In this document: positions 41,245-50,587 of the stretch, in pieces | Position numbering within the stretch: the stretch's first letter is position 1 | How the letters are laid out: each line of letters begins with the position of its first letter | Source of the DNA: Methylococcales bacterium | Lineage (GTDB): Bacteria > Pseudomonadota > Gammaproteobacteria > Methylococcales > JAZGGE01 | Assembly: GCA_036480195.1 (NCBI GenBank) | Contig: JAZGGE010000155.1 | Span: forward strand, 1-59,156 | Direction: 5' to 3' | Length of the DNA: 59,156 nt | Notes under the pieces: model-generated | What the model was told of the DNA's origin: nothing | Database searches by the model: none | The model's input: the letters and a program-made list of their open reading frames with translations, nothing else | Translations under genes and position numbers: made by a program

Positions 41245-41258
41245 TTACCTTAACGTAA
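41245..41258. promoter_or_regulatory. Palindrome TTACCT-TA-ACGTAA upstream of the MBL / isochorismatase / GST operon (candidate LiuR-type operator)
   Basis: One mismatch from a perfect TTACGT-NN-ACGTAA. ~55 bp upstream of the MBL ATG (41190). Confidence 0.4.
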
Positions 41259-41456
41259 ACTGTGAGTTGTGGTCTGTTATTAGCATGGATATATAAGCTG
41301 TAATGTATTCTGAAAGAATAATCTAGATCACATTTGTAAATGTGGATGAGAAGCAAACTGCTTGAACCTTTTCTGCTAAATCTCTGAAAGAGATTCAGGC
41401 AGTACTAGAACTCAGTCATGATGAAAAAGCTTTCAGTATACAATTGTGGAACCTTT

Positions 41457-42446
41457 TTAAGCTGGTTTCATCCCAACACGCTGCAACAAAGCCTGATCGC
41501 GCTGATGCTGAGGATTGCTGGTTGTCAGTAATTTTTCACCATAAAAAATTGAGTTGGCTCCAGCCATAAAACAGAGAACCTGGTGCTCGTCATTCATTTC
41601 TGTCCTTCCGGCAGAGAGACGTAACATGGAGGCTGGCATCATAATTCTGGCAACGGCGATGATCTTGACGACTTCAAAGGGATCAATATCTTGCTCATTT
41701 TCCAGTGGTGTTCCGGTTGCTTTTACTAATACGTTGATCGGGACACTTTCCGGATGTTTGGTCATGTTCGCCAAAGATAGCAACAGATCGATGCGATCTT
41801 CTTCTTTTTCGCCCATGCCTAAAATTCCGCCACAGCAGACATTGATACCCGCATCTCTGACATTTTGCAGTGTGTCGATGCGATCCTGATAACTGCGCGT
41901 GCTGATGATATTTTCGTAATAGGATTCAGAAGTATCGAGGTTGTGGTTGTAATAATCAAGACCTGCTTCTTTCATTGTGCTGGCTTGATTTGCGGTGATC
42001 ATTCCCAACGTGACGCAACTTTCCAGACCCAGTCCTTTCACTTCTTTGATCATAGCGGTGACTTTTGGCAGATCACGATCTTTCAACTCGCGCCAGGCTG
42101 CGCCCATACAAAATCGACTAGCACCCTTTTCTTTTGCTGCCTGTGCCGCTATTTTTACTGCTTCCAGATCCATTAGTTTTTCTGGTTCTACGTCGGTATT
42201 GTATTTGATGCTTTGCGGACAGTAGGCACAATCTTCCTCGCAACCGCCTGTTTTTATATTTAGCAATGTGCTCAGCTGGATTTCGTTGGCATTAAAATAT
42301 TGTCGGTGTAATGTTTGTGCCTGAAAAAGCGTTTCAAAAAGTGATTGATCGAAAAGCTCTGCAACTTCTTCCCGTGTCCAGTTACTACGGATTTCGGTGT
42401 TGTTTATCATTTCTTTATCAATTTTTACGGTTTCTTGTGCTGACAT
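41457..42446 (-). CDS. bioB: Biotin synthase
   Basis: 329 aa. Radical-SAM cluster motif [13 protein letters not shown] and the later CVTLGM / [12 protein letters not shown] blocks typical of BioB. Confidence 0.92.
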   Translation of the reverse strand: MSAQETVKIDKEMINNTEIRSNWTREEVAELFDQSLFETLFQAQTLHRQYFNANEIQLSTLLNIKTGGCEEDCAYCPQSIKYNTDVEPEKLMDLEAVKIAAQAAKEKGASRFCMGAAWRELKDRDLPKVTAMIKEVKGLGLESCVTLGMITANQASTMKEAGLDYYNHNLDTSESYYENIISTRSYQDRIDTLQNVRDAGINVCCGGILGMGEKEEDRIDLLLSLANMTKHPESVPINVLVKATGTPLENEQDIDPFEVVKIIAVARIMMPASMLRLSAGRTEMNDEHQVLCFMAGANSIFYGEKLLTTSNPQHQRDQALLQRVGMKPA

Positions 42447-42620
42447 GCTGTACCTTATTCTCTTGTCGTACTTTGTTGAAAATTATTCAGGGATGAAATT
42501 ATGAGTTCGCTTGATTCTATCAGGCATGTTTACCGAAGAATAATGCTATATCCAACACCGATTTTTTTTGGCATCCTGTTTATACACAATCATATCTGGT
42601 GAGAATCGCTTTTCATAACT

Positions 42621-42642
42621 GTGCCTATGGGCACGTTTTTTT
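42621..42642 (+). terminator. Rho-independent terminator-like hairpin on the plus strand
   Basis: GTGCC-TATG-GGCAC followed by G and seven T (42636..42642). In the minus orientation no T-tract follows, so it is unidirectional even though both flanking genes are on the minus strand. Confidence 0.5.
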
Positions 42643-42746
42643 GCCACGAACATAACTATCGTATAAGGATTGTCTGATCTACAAACCTTTAATTCACCAC
42701 CCCATCTATCTCTCTTACACATCTCAGCAAAAGGAATCTATTATTC

Positions 42747-43931
42747 TCAAACAAAAATAACATCGCCTGGTACACGAACCCATCCTTCCATCAGCACTCG
42801 GGCGCTACGACTCATCACCACTTTTTTGACCGTCCAGTCACCGTCATTCTGACTGGCTTCAGCCCCAACATTCAATGTCCCCGAAGGATGTCCAAAATTA
42901 ACAGAGTCACGTTCGCCGCCTCCAGCAGCCAGGTTTACCAGCGTACCGGGAATGGTTGCCGCAGTGCCTATGGCAACAGCAGCTGTACCCATCATGGCAT
43001 GATGCAGTTTTCCCATGGACAGTGCGCGCACATTCAGATCAATATCTGATGCCTTGATCAGCTTACCGCTTGATGATGTGTAGTCCTGTGGTTTGGCGAC
43101 GAAAGTCACTTTCGGCGTATGTTGCCGTCCGGCAGCTTCTTCTATATTTTCGATCAAGCCCATTTTAACTGCACCATAAGCTCGAATGGTTTCAAACATG
43201 GTCAGAGCTTTTTCATCTGAATTGATCGCTTCCTGTAACTCCGTGCCCGTATAGTCAATATCTTCGGCGTTCAGAAATATCGTTGGAATACCAGCATTGA
43301 TCATGGTGGCTTTGAATGTGCCGACTCCTGGAACATCCAGATCATCGATCAGATTACCTGTCGGGAACATGGCATCGGTAGCATCCACTGGGCTCATGAA
43401 CTCCACCTGTACTTCTGCTGCAGGAAAGGTCACGCCGTCCAGTTCAAAATCACCGGTTTCCTTCACTTCACCATTGGTGATCGGTACGTGGGCGACGATG
43501 GTTTTTTCGATATTGGCTTGCCAGATCCGCACGACTACAACACCATTTTCCGGAATACGATCCGCATCAACCAGACCATTGCTAATCGCAAATGATCCAA
43601 CTGCTGCCGTCAGGTTTCCACAATTACCACTCCAGTCAACAAAGGCTTTGTCGATGGAGACCTGGCCGAATAAATAATCAACATCGTGATCTGTCTTAAC
43701 ACTTTTCGACAAGATGACTGTCTTGCTGGTGCTGGATGTTGCGCCGCCCATGCCATCGGTTTGTTTGCCGTAAGGATCGGGGCTGCCGATCACGCGTAGC
43801 AATAAATTATCGCGGGCAACGCCAGCGACTTGTGCAGACTCGGGCAAATCTTGCAGGCTGAAAAATACACCTTTGCTGGTGCCACCGCGCATGTAGGTGG
43901 CTGGAATCTTGATCTGGGGTACGTGTATCAT
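42747..43931 (-). CDS. prpF: 2-methylaconitate cis-trans isomerase PrpF
   Basis: 394 aa. IPATYMRGGTSKGVFF N-terminus and context directly downstream of acnD. Confidence 0.9.
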   Translation of the reverse strand: MIHVPQIKIPATYMRGGTSKGVFFSLQDLPESAQVAGVARDNLLLRVIGSPDPYGKQTDGMGGATSSTSKTVILSKSVKTDHDVDYLFGQVSIDKAFVDWSGNCGNLTAAVGSFAISNGLVDADRIPENGVVVVRIWQANIEKTIVAHVPITNGEVKETGDFELDGVTFPAAEVQVEFMSPVDATDAMFPTGNLIDDLDVPGVGTFKATMINAGIPTIFLNAEDIDYTGTELQEAINSDEKALTMFETIRAYGAVKMGLIENIEEAAGRQHTPKVTFVAKPQDYTSSSGKLIKASDIDLNVRALSMGKLHHAMMGTAAVAIGTAATIPGTLVNLAAGGGERDSVNFGHPSGTLNVGAEASQNDGDWTVKKVVMSRSARVLMEGWVRVPGDVIFV

Positions 43932-43951
43932 AAGATTATTCTCCTGATCAA

Positions 43952-46543
43952 TTAAAACGAAGTCGATTCAAGAAAGTCCTGTGCAAAACGTTGCAACACG
44001 CCGCCAGCTTCGTAGATGGAAACTTCTTCTGCAGTATCAAGACGGCAAGTCATCGGTACTTCTACTTGCTCACCGTTGGCTCGATTAACAATCAATGTCA
44101 GATCAGCACGTGGAGCAGGTTTACCGATCACATCGAAAGTTTCAGTCCCATCGATCTTTAATGTCTTACGATTAGTACCCGCTTTGAATTCCAATGGAAG
44201 TACGCCCATACCGAGCAAGTTCGTTCTATGAATTCGCTCAAAACCTTCCGCCGCGATCACTTCGACACCCGCCAGTCGAACACCTTTGGCAGCCCAGTCT
44301 CTAGAAGATCCCTGACCGTAATCAGCACCGGCAACAATGATCAATGGTTGCTTGCGTTCCATGTAGGTTTCAATCGCTTCCCACATGCGCATTACTTCAC
44401 CTTCTGGTTCAACGCGAGCCAGCGATCCCTGTTTGACTTCGCCATTTTCCATGACCATTTCATTCATCAGTTTCGGGTTGGCGAAAGTAGCGCGTTGGGC
44501 AGTGAGATGATCACCACGATGCGTAGCATAGGAGTTAAAATCTTCTTCTGGCAAGCCCATTTTGTCGAGATAAGCACCCGCTGCGCTGTCGAGCATGATC
44601 GCATTCGAAGGTGACAAATGATCCGTCGTAATATTATCCGGAAGCACGGCCAACGGACGCATACCTTTCATCGTACGTTCACCAGCCAACGCACCTTCCC
44701 AATAGGGAGGACGACGGATATAAGTACTTTGTGGACGCCAGTCATACAGTGGATCAGTTTTCTCACCGTTATCAACCGAAGCTTTGAACATCGGGTTATA
44801 AACTTTACGGAACTGTTCCGGTTTTACGCTGGCTTTGACAATCTCGTCGATCTCTTCATCACTTGGCCAGATATCTTTCAGCTTGACAGAGTTACCTTCT
44901 TTATCATTACCTAACACGCCATTTTCAATATCAAAACGGATCGTGCCAGCGATAGCATAAGCGACCACTAGCGGTGGCGATGCAAGAAATGCCTGTTTTG
45001 CATATGGATGGATTCGGCCATCGAAGTTACGATTTCCGGACAATACCGCTGTCGCATAGAGATCACGATCAATGACTTCTTTCTGAATCACCGGATCTAA
45101 TACGCCGCTCATTCCGTTGCAAGTTGTGCAGGCAAAGCCCACGATACCGAAGCCCAGTGTTTCCAATTCTGTTAATAAGTTAGCTTCTTCTAAATAAAGC
45201 TGTACCGCCTTCGACCCGGGTGCCAGCGAAGATTTCACCCACGGTTTACGCGTCAGCCCAAGTTTGTTGGCATTACGCGCCACAAGAGCAGCGGCGATCA
45301 CATTTCGTGGATTACTGGTGTTGGTACAACTAGTGATCGCGGCGATGATCACTGCACCATCCGGCATCAATCCTTCTTCATTTTCAACCACGCCTGCAAT
45401 ACCTTCTTTAGCAAGATCACTGGTTGAAACCCGACGGTGCGGGTTAGAAGGCCCAGCGATATTTCGTCCAACCGAAGAGAGATCAAATTTGAGCACACGA
45501 GGGTACTCGACATTCTTCAGGCTATCAGCCCAGAGGCCAGTTTCTTTAGCGTAAGTTTCGACCAGTTTGACCTGCTCATCTTCACGACCAGTCAGTTTCA
45601 AATAGTCGATCGTTTGCTGATCGATATAGAACATCGCCGCTGTTGCACCGAACTCTGGTGTCATATTAGAGATCGTTGCGCGATCACCCAGCGTTAGATC
45701 TGGCACACCTTCGCCGAAGAATTCCAGGTAAGAAGAAACCACTTTTTCATTACGTAAAAACTCAGTGATTGCCAGAACAATATCTGTCGCCGTAATACCT
45801 GGTTGACGTCTGCCAGTCAGTTCAACACCGATGATATCGGGTAAACGTAAATATGAAGCTCGTCCCAACATTACGCTTTCTGCTTCCAAACCACCGACAC
45901 CGATGGCGATTACGCCCAGCGCATCAACATGTGGCGTGTGGCTATCGGTTCCAACCAATGTATCAGGGAATGCAACACTGTCTCGCGCATGAACAACAGG
46001 AGACATTCGCTCCAGATTGATCTGATGCATGATGCCATTACCCGGAGGAATGACGTCAATATTTTCGAATGCATCTTTAGTCCAGTTAATAAAATGAAAA
46101 CGATCATCATTCCGACGATCTTCTATCGCCCGATTTTTTTCGAAAGCATCTTTTTCAAAACCAGCATGTTCAACTGCAAGAGAGTGATCAACAATCAATT
46201 GCGTCGGTACCACCGGATTCACCAGTGAAGGATCACCACCTTGATCAGCAATAGCATCACGCAAACCAGCCAGATCAACCAATGCCGTCTGACCAAGAAT
46301 GTCATGACAAACAACACGAGCCGGATACCATGGGAAATCTAAATTCTGCTTACGTTCGATGATCTGTTTAAGTGAGTCTGTAAGCACAGATGGATCGCAA
46401 CGACGCACTAGATTTTCGGCATACACACGCGAAGTGTATGGCAATGTGTCATAAGCACCAGGTTGTATCGCTTCTACAGCAGTACGGGTGTCGAAATAAT
46501 CCAGATCGGTACCGGGAAGGGGTTTGCGGTTTTCAGTGTTCAT
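43952..46543 (-). CDS. acnD: Fe/S-dependent 2-methylcitrate dehydratase AcnD (aconitase family)
   Basis: ~863 aa aconitase-family protein. ATG 46543 gives MNTENRKPLPGTDLDYFDT, as in AcnD proteins (the ORF-track start 46555 is TTG). Paired with prpF. Confidence 0.9.
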   Translation of the reverse strand: MNTENRKPLPGTDLDYFDTRTAVEAIQPGAYDTLPYTSRVYAENLVRRCDPSVLTDSLKQIIERKQNLDFPWYPARVVCHDILGQTALVDLAGLRDAIADQGGDPSLVNPVVPTQLIVDHSLAVEHAGFEKDAFEKNRAIEDRRNDDRFHFINWTKDAFENIDVIPPGNGIMHQINLERMSPVVHARDSVAFPDTLVGTDSHTPHVDALGVIAIGVGGLEAESVMLGRASYLRLPDIIGVELTGRRQPGITATDIVLAITEFLRNEKVVSSYLEFFGEGVPDLTLGDRATISNMTPEFGATAAMFYIDQQTIDYLKLTGREDEQVKLVETYAKETGLWADSLKNVEYPRVLKFDLSSVGRNIAGPSNPHRRVSTSDLAKEGIAGVVENEEGLMPDGAVIIAAITSCTNTSNPRNVIAAALVARNANKLGLTRKPWVKSSLAPGSKAVQLYLEEANLLTELETLGFGIVGFACTTCNGMSGVLDPVIQKEVIDRDLYATAVLSGNRNFDGRIHPYAKQAFLASPPLVVAYAIAGTIRFDIENGVLGNDKEGNSVKLKDIWPSDEEIDEIVKASVKPEQFRKVYNPMFKASVDNGEKTDPLYDWRPQSTYIRRPPYWEGALAGERTMKGMRPLAVLPDNITTDHLSPSNAIMLDSAAGAYLDKMGLPEEDFNSYATHRGDHLTAQRATFANPKLMNEMVMENGEVKQGSLARVEPEGEVMRMWEAIETYMERKQPLIIVAGADYGQGSSRDWAAKGVRLAGVEVIAAEGFERIHRTNLLGMGVLPLEFKAGTNRKTLKIDGTETFDVIGKPAPRADLTLIVNRANGEQVEVPMTCRLDTAEEVSIYEAGGVLQRFAQDFLESTSF

Positions 46544-46733
46544 ATTGTAGCTCAACTAATGCTGATCATTATCAGTTAAATCCGAGATTACTTTTTTGAA
46601 TATAAAAACTAAAAGCATCTCTATAGTTAGCAATTACTTTATCAAAATACCTGATTGCTCTTTATATCTTTTTGAACCATCTCCCAAACTCCCATCAAAA
46701 TAATATTTCTCAAGACCATGAATATTTTAATTA

Positions 46734-46805
46734 TGTCGACAATTTAACGATTTATTTGACATTTGTCTAATCATAAACTTAATATCTACCATTATTGTCA
46801 ACAAT
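46734..46805. promoter_or_regulatory. Cluster of GACA/TGTC-type inverted repeats in the acnD / GntR divergent region (candidate GntR-family operators)
   Basis: TGTCGACA (46734..46741, perfect palindrome), TTGACATTTGTCTAA (46756..46770) and ATTGTCAACAAT (46794..46805). GntR/FadR-type operators typically have GT-N-AC cores. Confidence 0.45.
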
Positions 46806-46818
46806 ATGAATAAATATC

Positions 46819-47526
46819 ATGGATAAATCTCTGGAAAAACATACAGTAACATCTTCAATTTCCGAAGATGTATTTCATAAACTTCGTGAATCGATTGTTG
46901 TAGGGGAAATTCCTTCCGGAAGTAAACTAAGTGAACCTGCCCTGGCAAAAGAATATGGAATTAGCCGTGGTCCTTTACGGGAAGCACTGAGTAGACTGGA
47001 AGCATGTAGCCTTGTTGAACGCCTCCCGAATGTTGGTGCAAGCGTTGTGGATCTTTCTCAGCAAAAGCTCATAGAAATTTACCAGATCCGTGAAGTACTC
47101 GAAGGTTTAGCAGCTCGACAAGCAGCATACTCAATTACGCAACCCGAGATTAACGGCCTACGAGATTTACTTGAACAACACAAGATAGGTATTCATAAAG
47201 ACCAGGGGCATGCTTATTTTCAAAAGGAAGGGGATTTTGATTTTCACTTCCGGATAATCCAGGCCAGCAAGAATACTCATTTAATCTCGTTGCTCTGTAA
47301 CGAGCTTTATTATTTACATCGACTTTATCGGTACCAATTCGGTATGCCGAGTTCATCACGTTCCAATAATGCCCTGAAAGAACACAAGAATATCGTTGAT
47401 GCAATGGAGGCACAGGATGCCGAACTGGCCGAAATTCTGATGCGCAGACATATCAAGGCTTCTCGATTAAATGTTCTAAAACAACTCGGTACAGACAGTA
47501 ATAATATTATTCCTTATGCTAAATAA
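46819..47526 (+). CDS. GntR-family transcriptional regulator (FadR/FCD subfamily), probable methylcitrate-cycle regulator
   Basis: 235 aa. Winged-HTH LSEPALAKEYGISRGPLREALSRLE plus an FCD-type helical domain. Immediately upstream of prpB and prpC. Confidence 0.85.
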   Translation: MDKSLEKHTVTSSISEDVFHKLRESIVVGEIPSGSKLSEPALAKEYGISRGPLREALSRLEACSLVERLPNVGASVVDLSQQKLIEIYQIREVLEGLAARQAAYSITQPEINGLRDLLEQHKIGIHKDQGHAYFQKEGDFDFHFRIIQASKNTHLISLLCNELYYLHRLYRYQFGMPSSSRSNNALKEHKNIVDAMEAQDAELAEILMRRHIKASRLNVLKQLGTDSNNIIPYAK

Positions 47527-47549
47527 ATGTGTCAAGAGAGTATAAATAA

Positions 47550-48434
47550 ATGAAACATATGTCACCTGGCGCCCGATTTAGACTCGCCATAGAATTAGAA
47601 AAACCTTTACAAATAATTGGAGCCATCAATGCCTATCATGCGAAACTGGCTGAGGCAACGAGCTTTGAAGCTCTTTATATTTCAGGTGGTGGTGTTGCCG
47701 CAGGTTCATGTGGCATACCTGATCTGGGAATTACCTCACTGGAAGATGTATTAATTGATTTGCGCCGAATTACTGATGTCACTGATTTACCAGTGCTGGT
47801 TGATATCGATACTGGCTGGGGTGGTGCATTTAATATTGCACGAACTGTGCGGGCAATGATCAGAGAAGGTGCTGCTGCGGTACACATAGAAGATCAGGTC
47901 ACACAGAAACGCTGTGGCCACCGACCTAATAAAGCCATTGTTACTCAAACAGAAATGGTTGATCGCATTAAAGCTGCGGTGGATGCTAAGACAGATCCAG
48001 ATTTTGTGATTATGGCCAGAACCGATGCGCTTGCAGTTGAAGGTCTGCAGTCTGCAATCGATAGAGCTTGTGCCTGTGTTGAAGCTGGTGCAGATATGAT
48101 ATTCCCCGAAGCCATCACTGAACTCTCCATGTATAAACAATTTTCAGAAGCGGTCGGCGTACCAATTCTTGCCAATATTACCGAGTTTGGATCAACACCA
48201 CTATTTAATACCGATGAACTAGCCGGAGCCGATGTCAGCATGGTGCTTTATCCTCTGTCGCCTTTCCGTGCGATGAATGCGGCAGCTCTAAATGTCTATA
48301 CCACGATACGAGAAGAAGGAACACAGAAGAACGTAATCGACACAATGCAGACTCGAACCGATCTCTATGATTATCTTGGTTACCACGAATTTGAAGAAAA
48401 ACTTAATGAATTATTTGCTAATGGAGAGAAATAA
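47550..48434 (+). CDS. prpB: 2-methylisocitrate lyase
   Basis: 294 aa. Motifs VDIDTGWGG and [15 protein letters not shown] (catalytic Cys loop). Confidence 0.92.
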   Translation: MKHMSPGARFRLAIELEKPLQIIGAINAYHAKLAEATSFEALYISGGGVAAGSCGIPDLGITSLEDVLIDLRRITDVTDLPVLVDIDTGWGGAFNIARTVRAMIREGAAAVHIEDQVTQKRCGHRPNKAIVTQTEMVDRIKAAVDAKTDPDFVIMARTDALAVEGLQSAIDRACACVEAGADMIFPEAITELSMYKQFSEAVGVPILANITEFGSTPLFNTDELAGADVSMVLYPLSPFRAMNAAALNVYTTIREEGTQKNVIDTMQTRTDLYDYLGYHEFEEKLNELFANGEK

Positions 48435-48436
48435 AA

Positions 48437-49594
48437 ATGTCTGAACAAGAAGTAAAAAAACCAAAACCTAAAAAATCGGTTGCCCTAAGTCGCCAACCTG
48501 CAGGAAATACAACACTTTGTACTGTTGGATTGTCTGGTAATGATCTGCACTATCGTGGCTACGATATTTTAGATATTGCAGAAACTTGTGAGTTTGAGGA
48601 AATCGCACACTTGCTGGTTCACGATAGCCTGCCTACTCAGTCCGAATTAGATGCCTATAAAACAAAATTACGTTCTATGCGTGGTTTACCCACAACAGTA
48701 AAATCTGTACTGGAACTAATTCCGGCATCTGCACATCCGATGGATGTTTTACGTTCAGGTAGCTCAATTTTAGGTAATGTATTGGCCGAAAAAGATGATC
48801 ACAACAATGCTGGGGCACGTGATATTGCCGACAAAATGATGGCCTGTTTTGGTTCTATATTACTTTATTGGTATCACTTCGCTTTCAATGGCAAACGTAT
48901 TGAAGTAGAAACCGATGATGACTCTATCGGTGGTCATTTTCTACATTTATTGCATGGGGAAAAACCTAATGAATCATGGGTTCGTGCTATGGACACTTCC
49001 TTGATCCTCTATGCTGAACATGAGTTCAATGCGTCAACATTTGCAGCTCGTGTTATAGCCGGAACAGGTTCAGACATGCACTCCTGCATTACAGGTGCGA
49101 TCGGTGCTTTGCGTGGCCCGAAACACGGAGGTGCTAATGAGGTAGCTTTTGAAATTCAATCACGTTACCGCACTCCCGATGAGGCCGAAGCCGATATCCG
49201 TGAGCGAATGGCTAAAAAAGAAATTGTCATCGGTTTTGGACACCCTGTTTACACCACGGGTGATCCTCGAAATGTAGTGATAAAATCTGTCGCTAAAAGT
49301 TTAGGTGAAGAGGCCGATAACCTGAAAATGTACCATGTTGCAGAACGTCTGGAATCGGTTATGTGGGAAGAGAAAAAAATGTTCCCGAATCTTGACTGGT
49401 TCTCGGCTGTTTCTTATTCATTAATGGATATTCCAACAGCTATGTTCACCCCGCTGTTTGTTATTTCCAGAACTTCTGGATGGGCGGCACACGTTATTGA
49501 ACAACGAGAAGATGGAAAGATTATTCGTCCCAGCGCAAATTATTATGGTCCGGAAAATCTTAAATTCGTTCCTATCGGAGAACGAACAGGCTAA
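48437..49594 (+). CDS. prpC: 2-methylcitrate synthase
   Basis: 385 aa citrate-synthase family ([22 protein letters not shown]). Starts 2 bp after prpB. Confidence 0.92.
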   Translation: MSEQEVKKPKPKKSVALSRQPAGNTTLCTVGLSGNDLHYRGYDILDIAETCEFEEIAHLLVHDSLPTQSELDAYKTKLRSMRGLPTTVKSVLELIPASAHPMDVLRSGSSILGNVLAEKDDHNNAGARDIADKMMACFGSILLYWYHFAFNGKRIEVETDDDSIGGHFLHLLHGEKPNESWVRAMDTSLILYAEHEFNASTFAARVIAGTGSDMHSCITGAIGALRGPKHGGANEVAFEIQSRYRTPDEAEADIRERMAKKEIVIGFGHPVYTTGDPRNVVIKSVAKSLGEEADNLKMYHVAERLESVMWEEKKMFPNLDWFSAVSYSLMDIPTAMFTPLFVISRTSGWAAHVIEQREDGKIIRPSANYYGPENLKFVPIGERTG

Positions 49595-49724
49595 ACGTCC
49601 AAACCAATTATTTATATTTAGAGAGTATGGAAAATATATCTATAGGTATTCGGAGGTACAAAACATACTGAATAAGATCGCTATTAATTAATTGCCGATA
49701 GCATTTATGACTATAAAGGAACAA

Positions 49725-50546
49725 TTAATAATATCGTCTCTCTAGCTTCATATCCTGAATAATCTGGGTGGCAATTTCCTCAATAGAATGATCCGTAGAA
49801 TGCAAGTAAGGAATACGTTCCTGCTGAAATAATTCTTCAGCACTTCGGACTTCCTTACGGCATTGTGCCAGCGAGGAGTAACGACTATCAGGACGGCGTT
49901 GTTGGCGGATCTGTTGTAGGCGCTCAGGATCGATAGTAAGACCATATAAGCGGTTTCGGTATGCCCGGATATATTTTGGCAGGCTATCAGATTCCAGATC
50001 ATCATCCGTTAACGGTGAATTTGCAGCACGAATACCAAACTGCATAGCGAGGAAAACAGATGTTGGTGTTTTGCCCGAGCGAGAGACACCGATAATGATG
50101 ACCTCAGATTTATCAAGATGCTTAAGGCTAGCGCCATCATCATGATTAAGTGAGAAATTAATAGCATCCATTCTCGAATCATAAGAACGGCGATCAGCCT
50201 GGGAATGTGAAACGCCTGTGACGTAAGAAGACTGCTGATGTAGTTCAGATTCAAGTGGTTTAACAAAAGCGCTGAACACGTCAAGGACAAGTGCATTACA
50301 TTCTTTTTCAAGCTGCCTGGCAAAGTCTACATTTGTCAGGGTGCTGAAAACGATGGGGCGACATTTTGATGTCTCATTTAGTGTATTAATTCTATTGATG
50401 GCAACAGAAAGTTTGGATGATGTATTAGTAAAAGGTATAGCAACTTGCTCAAAGTTAACTGAATCAAATTGCGTTAATAAAGTATGCCCGACAGTTTCTG
50501 CCGTAATACCGGTTCCATCGGAGATATAGAATGCAGTTCGTTTCAT
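49725..50546 (-). CDS. ppsR: PEP synthase regulatory protein (bifunctional kinase/pyrophosphorylase, DUF299)
   Basis: 273 aa. FYISDGTGITAE N-terminus, P-loop GVSRSGKTP. Divergent from ppsA. Confidence 0.88.
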   Translation of the reverse strand: MKRTAFYISDGTGITAETVGHTLLTQFDSVNFEQVAIPFTNTSSKLSVAINRINTLNETSKCRPIVFSTLTNVDFARQLEKECNALVLDVFSAFVKPLESELHQQSSYVTGVSHSQADRRSYDSRMDAINFSLNHDDGASLKHLDKSEVIIIGVSRSGKTPTSVFLAMQFGIRAANSPLTDDDLESDSLPKYIRAYRNRLYGLTIDPERLQQIRQQRRPDSRYSSLAQCRKEVRSAEELFQQERIPYLHSTDHSIEEIATQIIQDMKLERRYY

Positions 50547-50587
50547 GATTTGAACCAGAATTTTTTTTGATCGGCCCGGTATTATAT

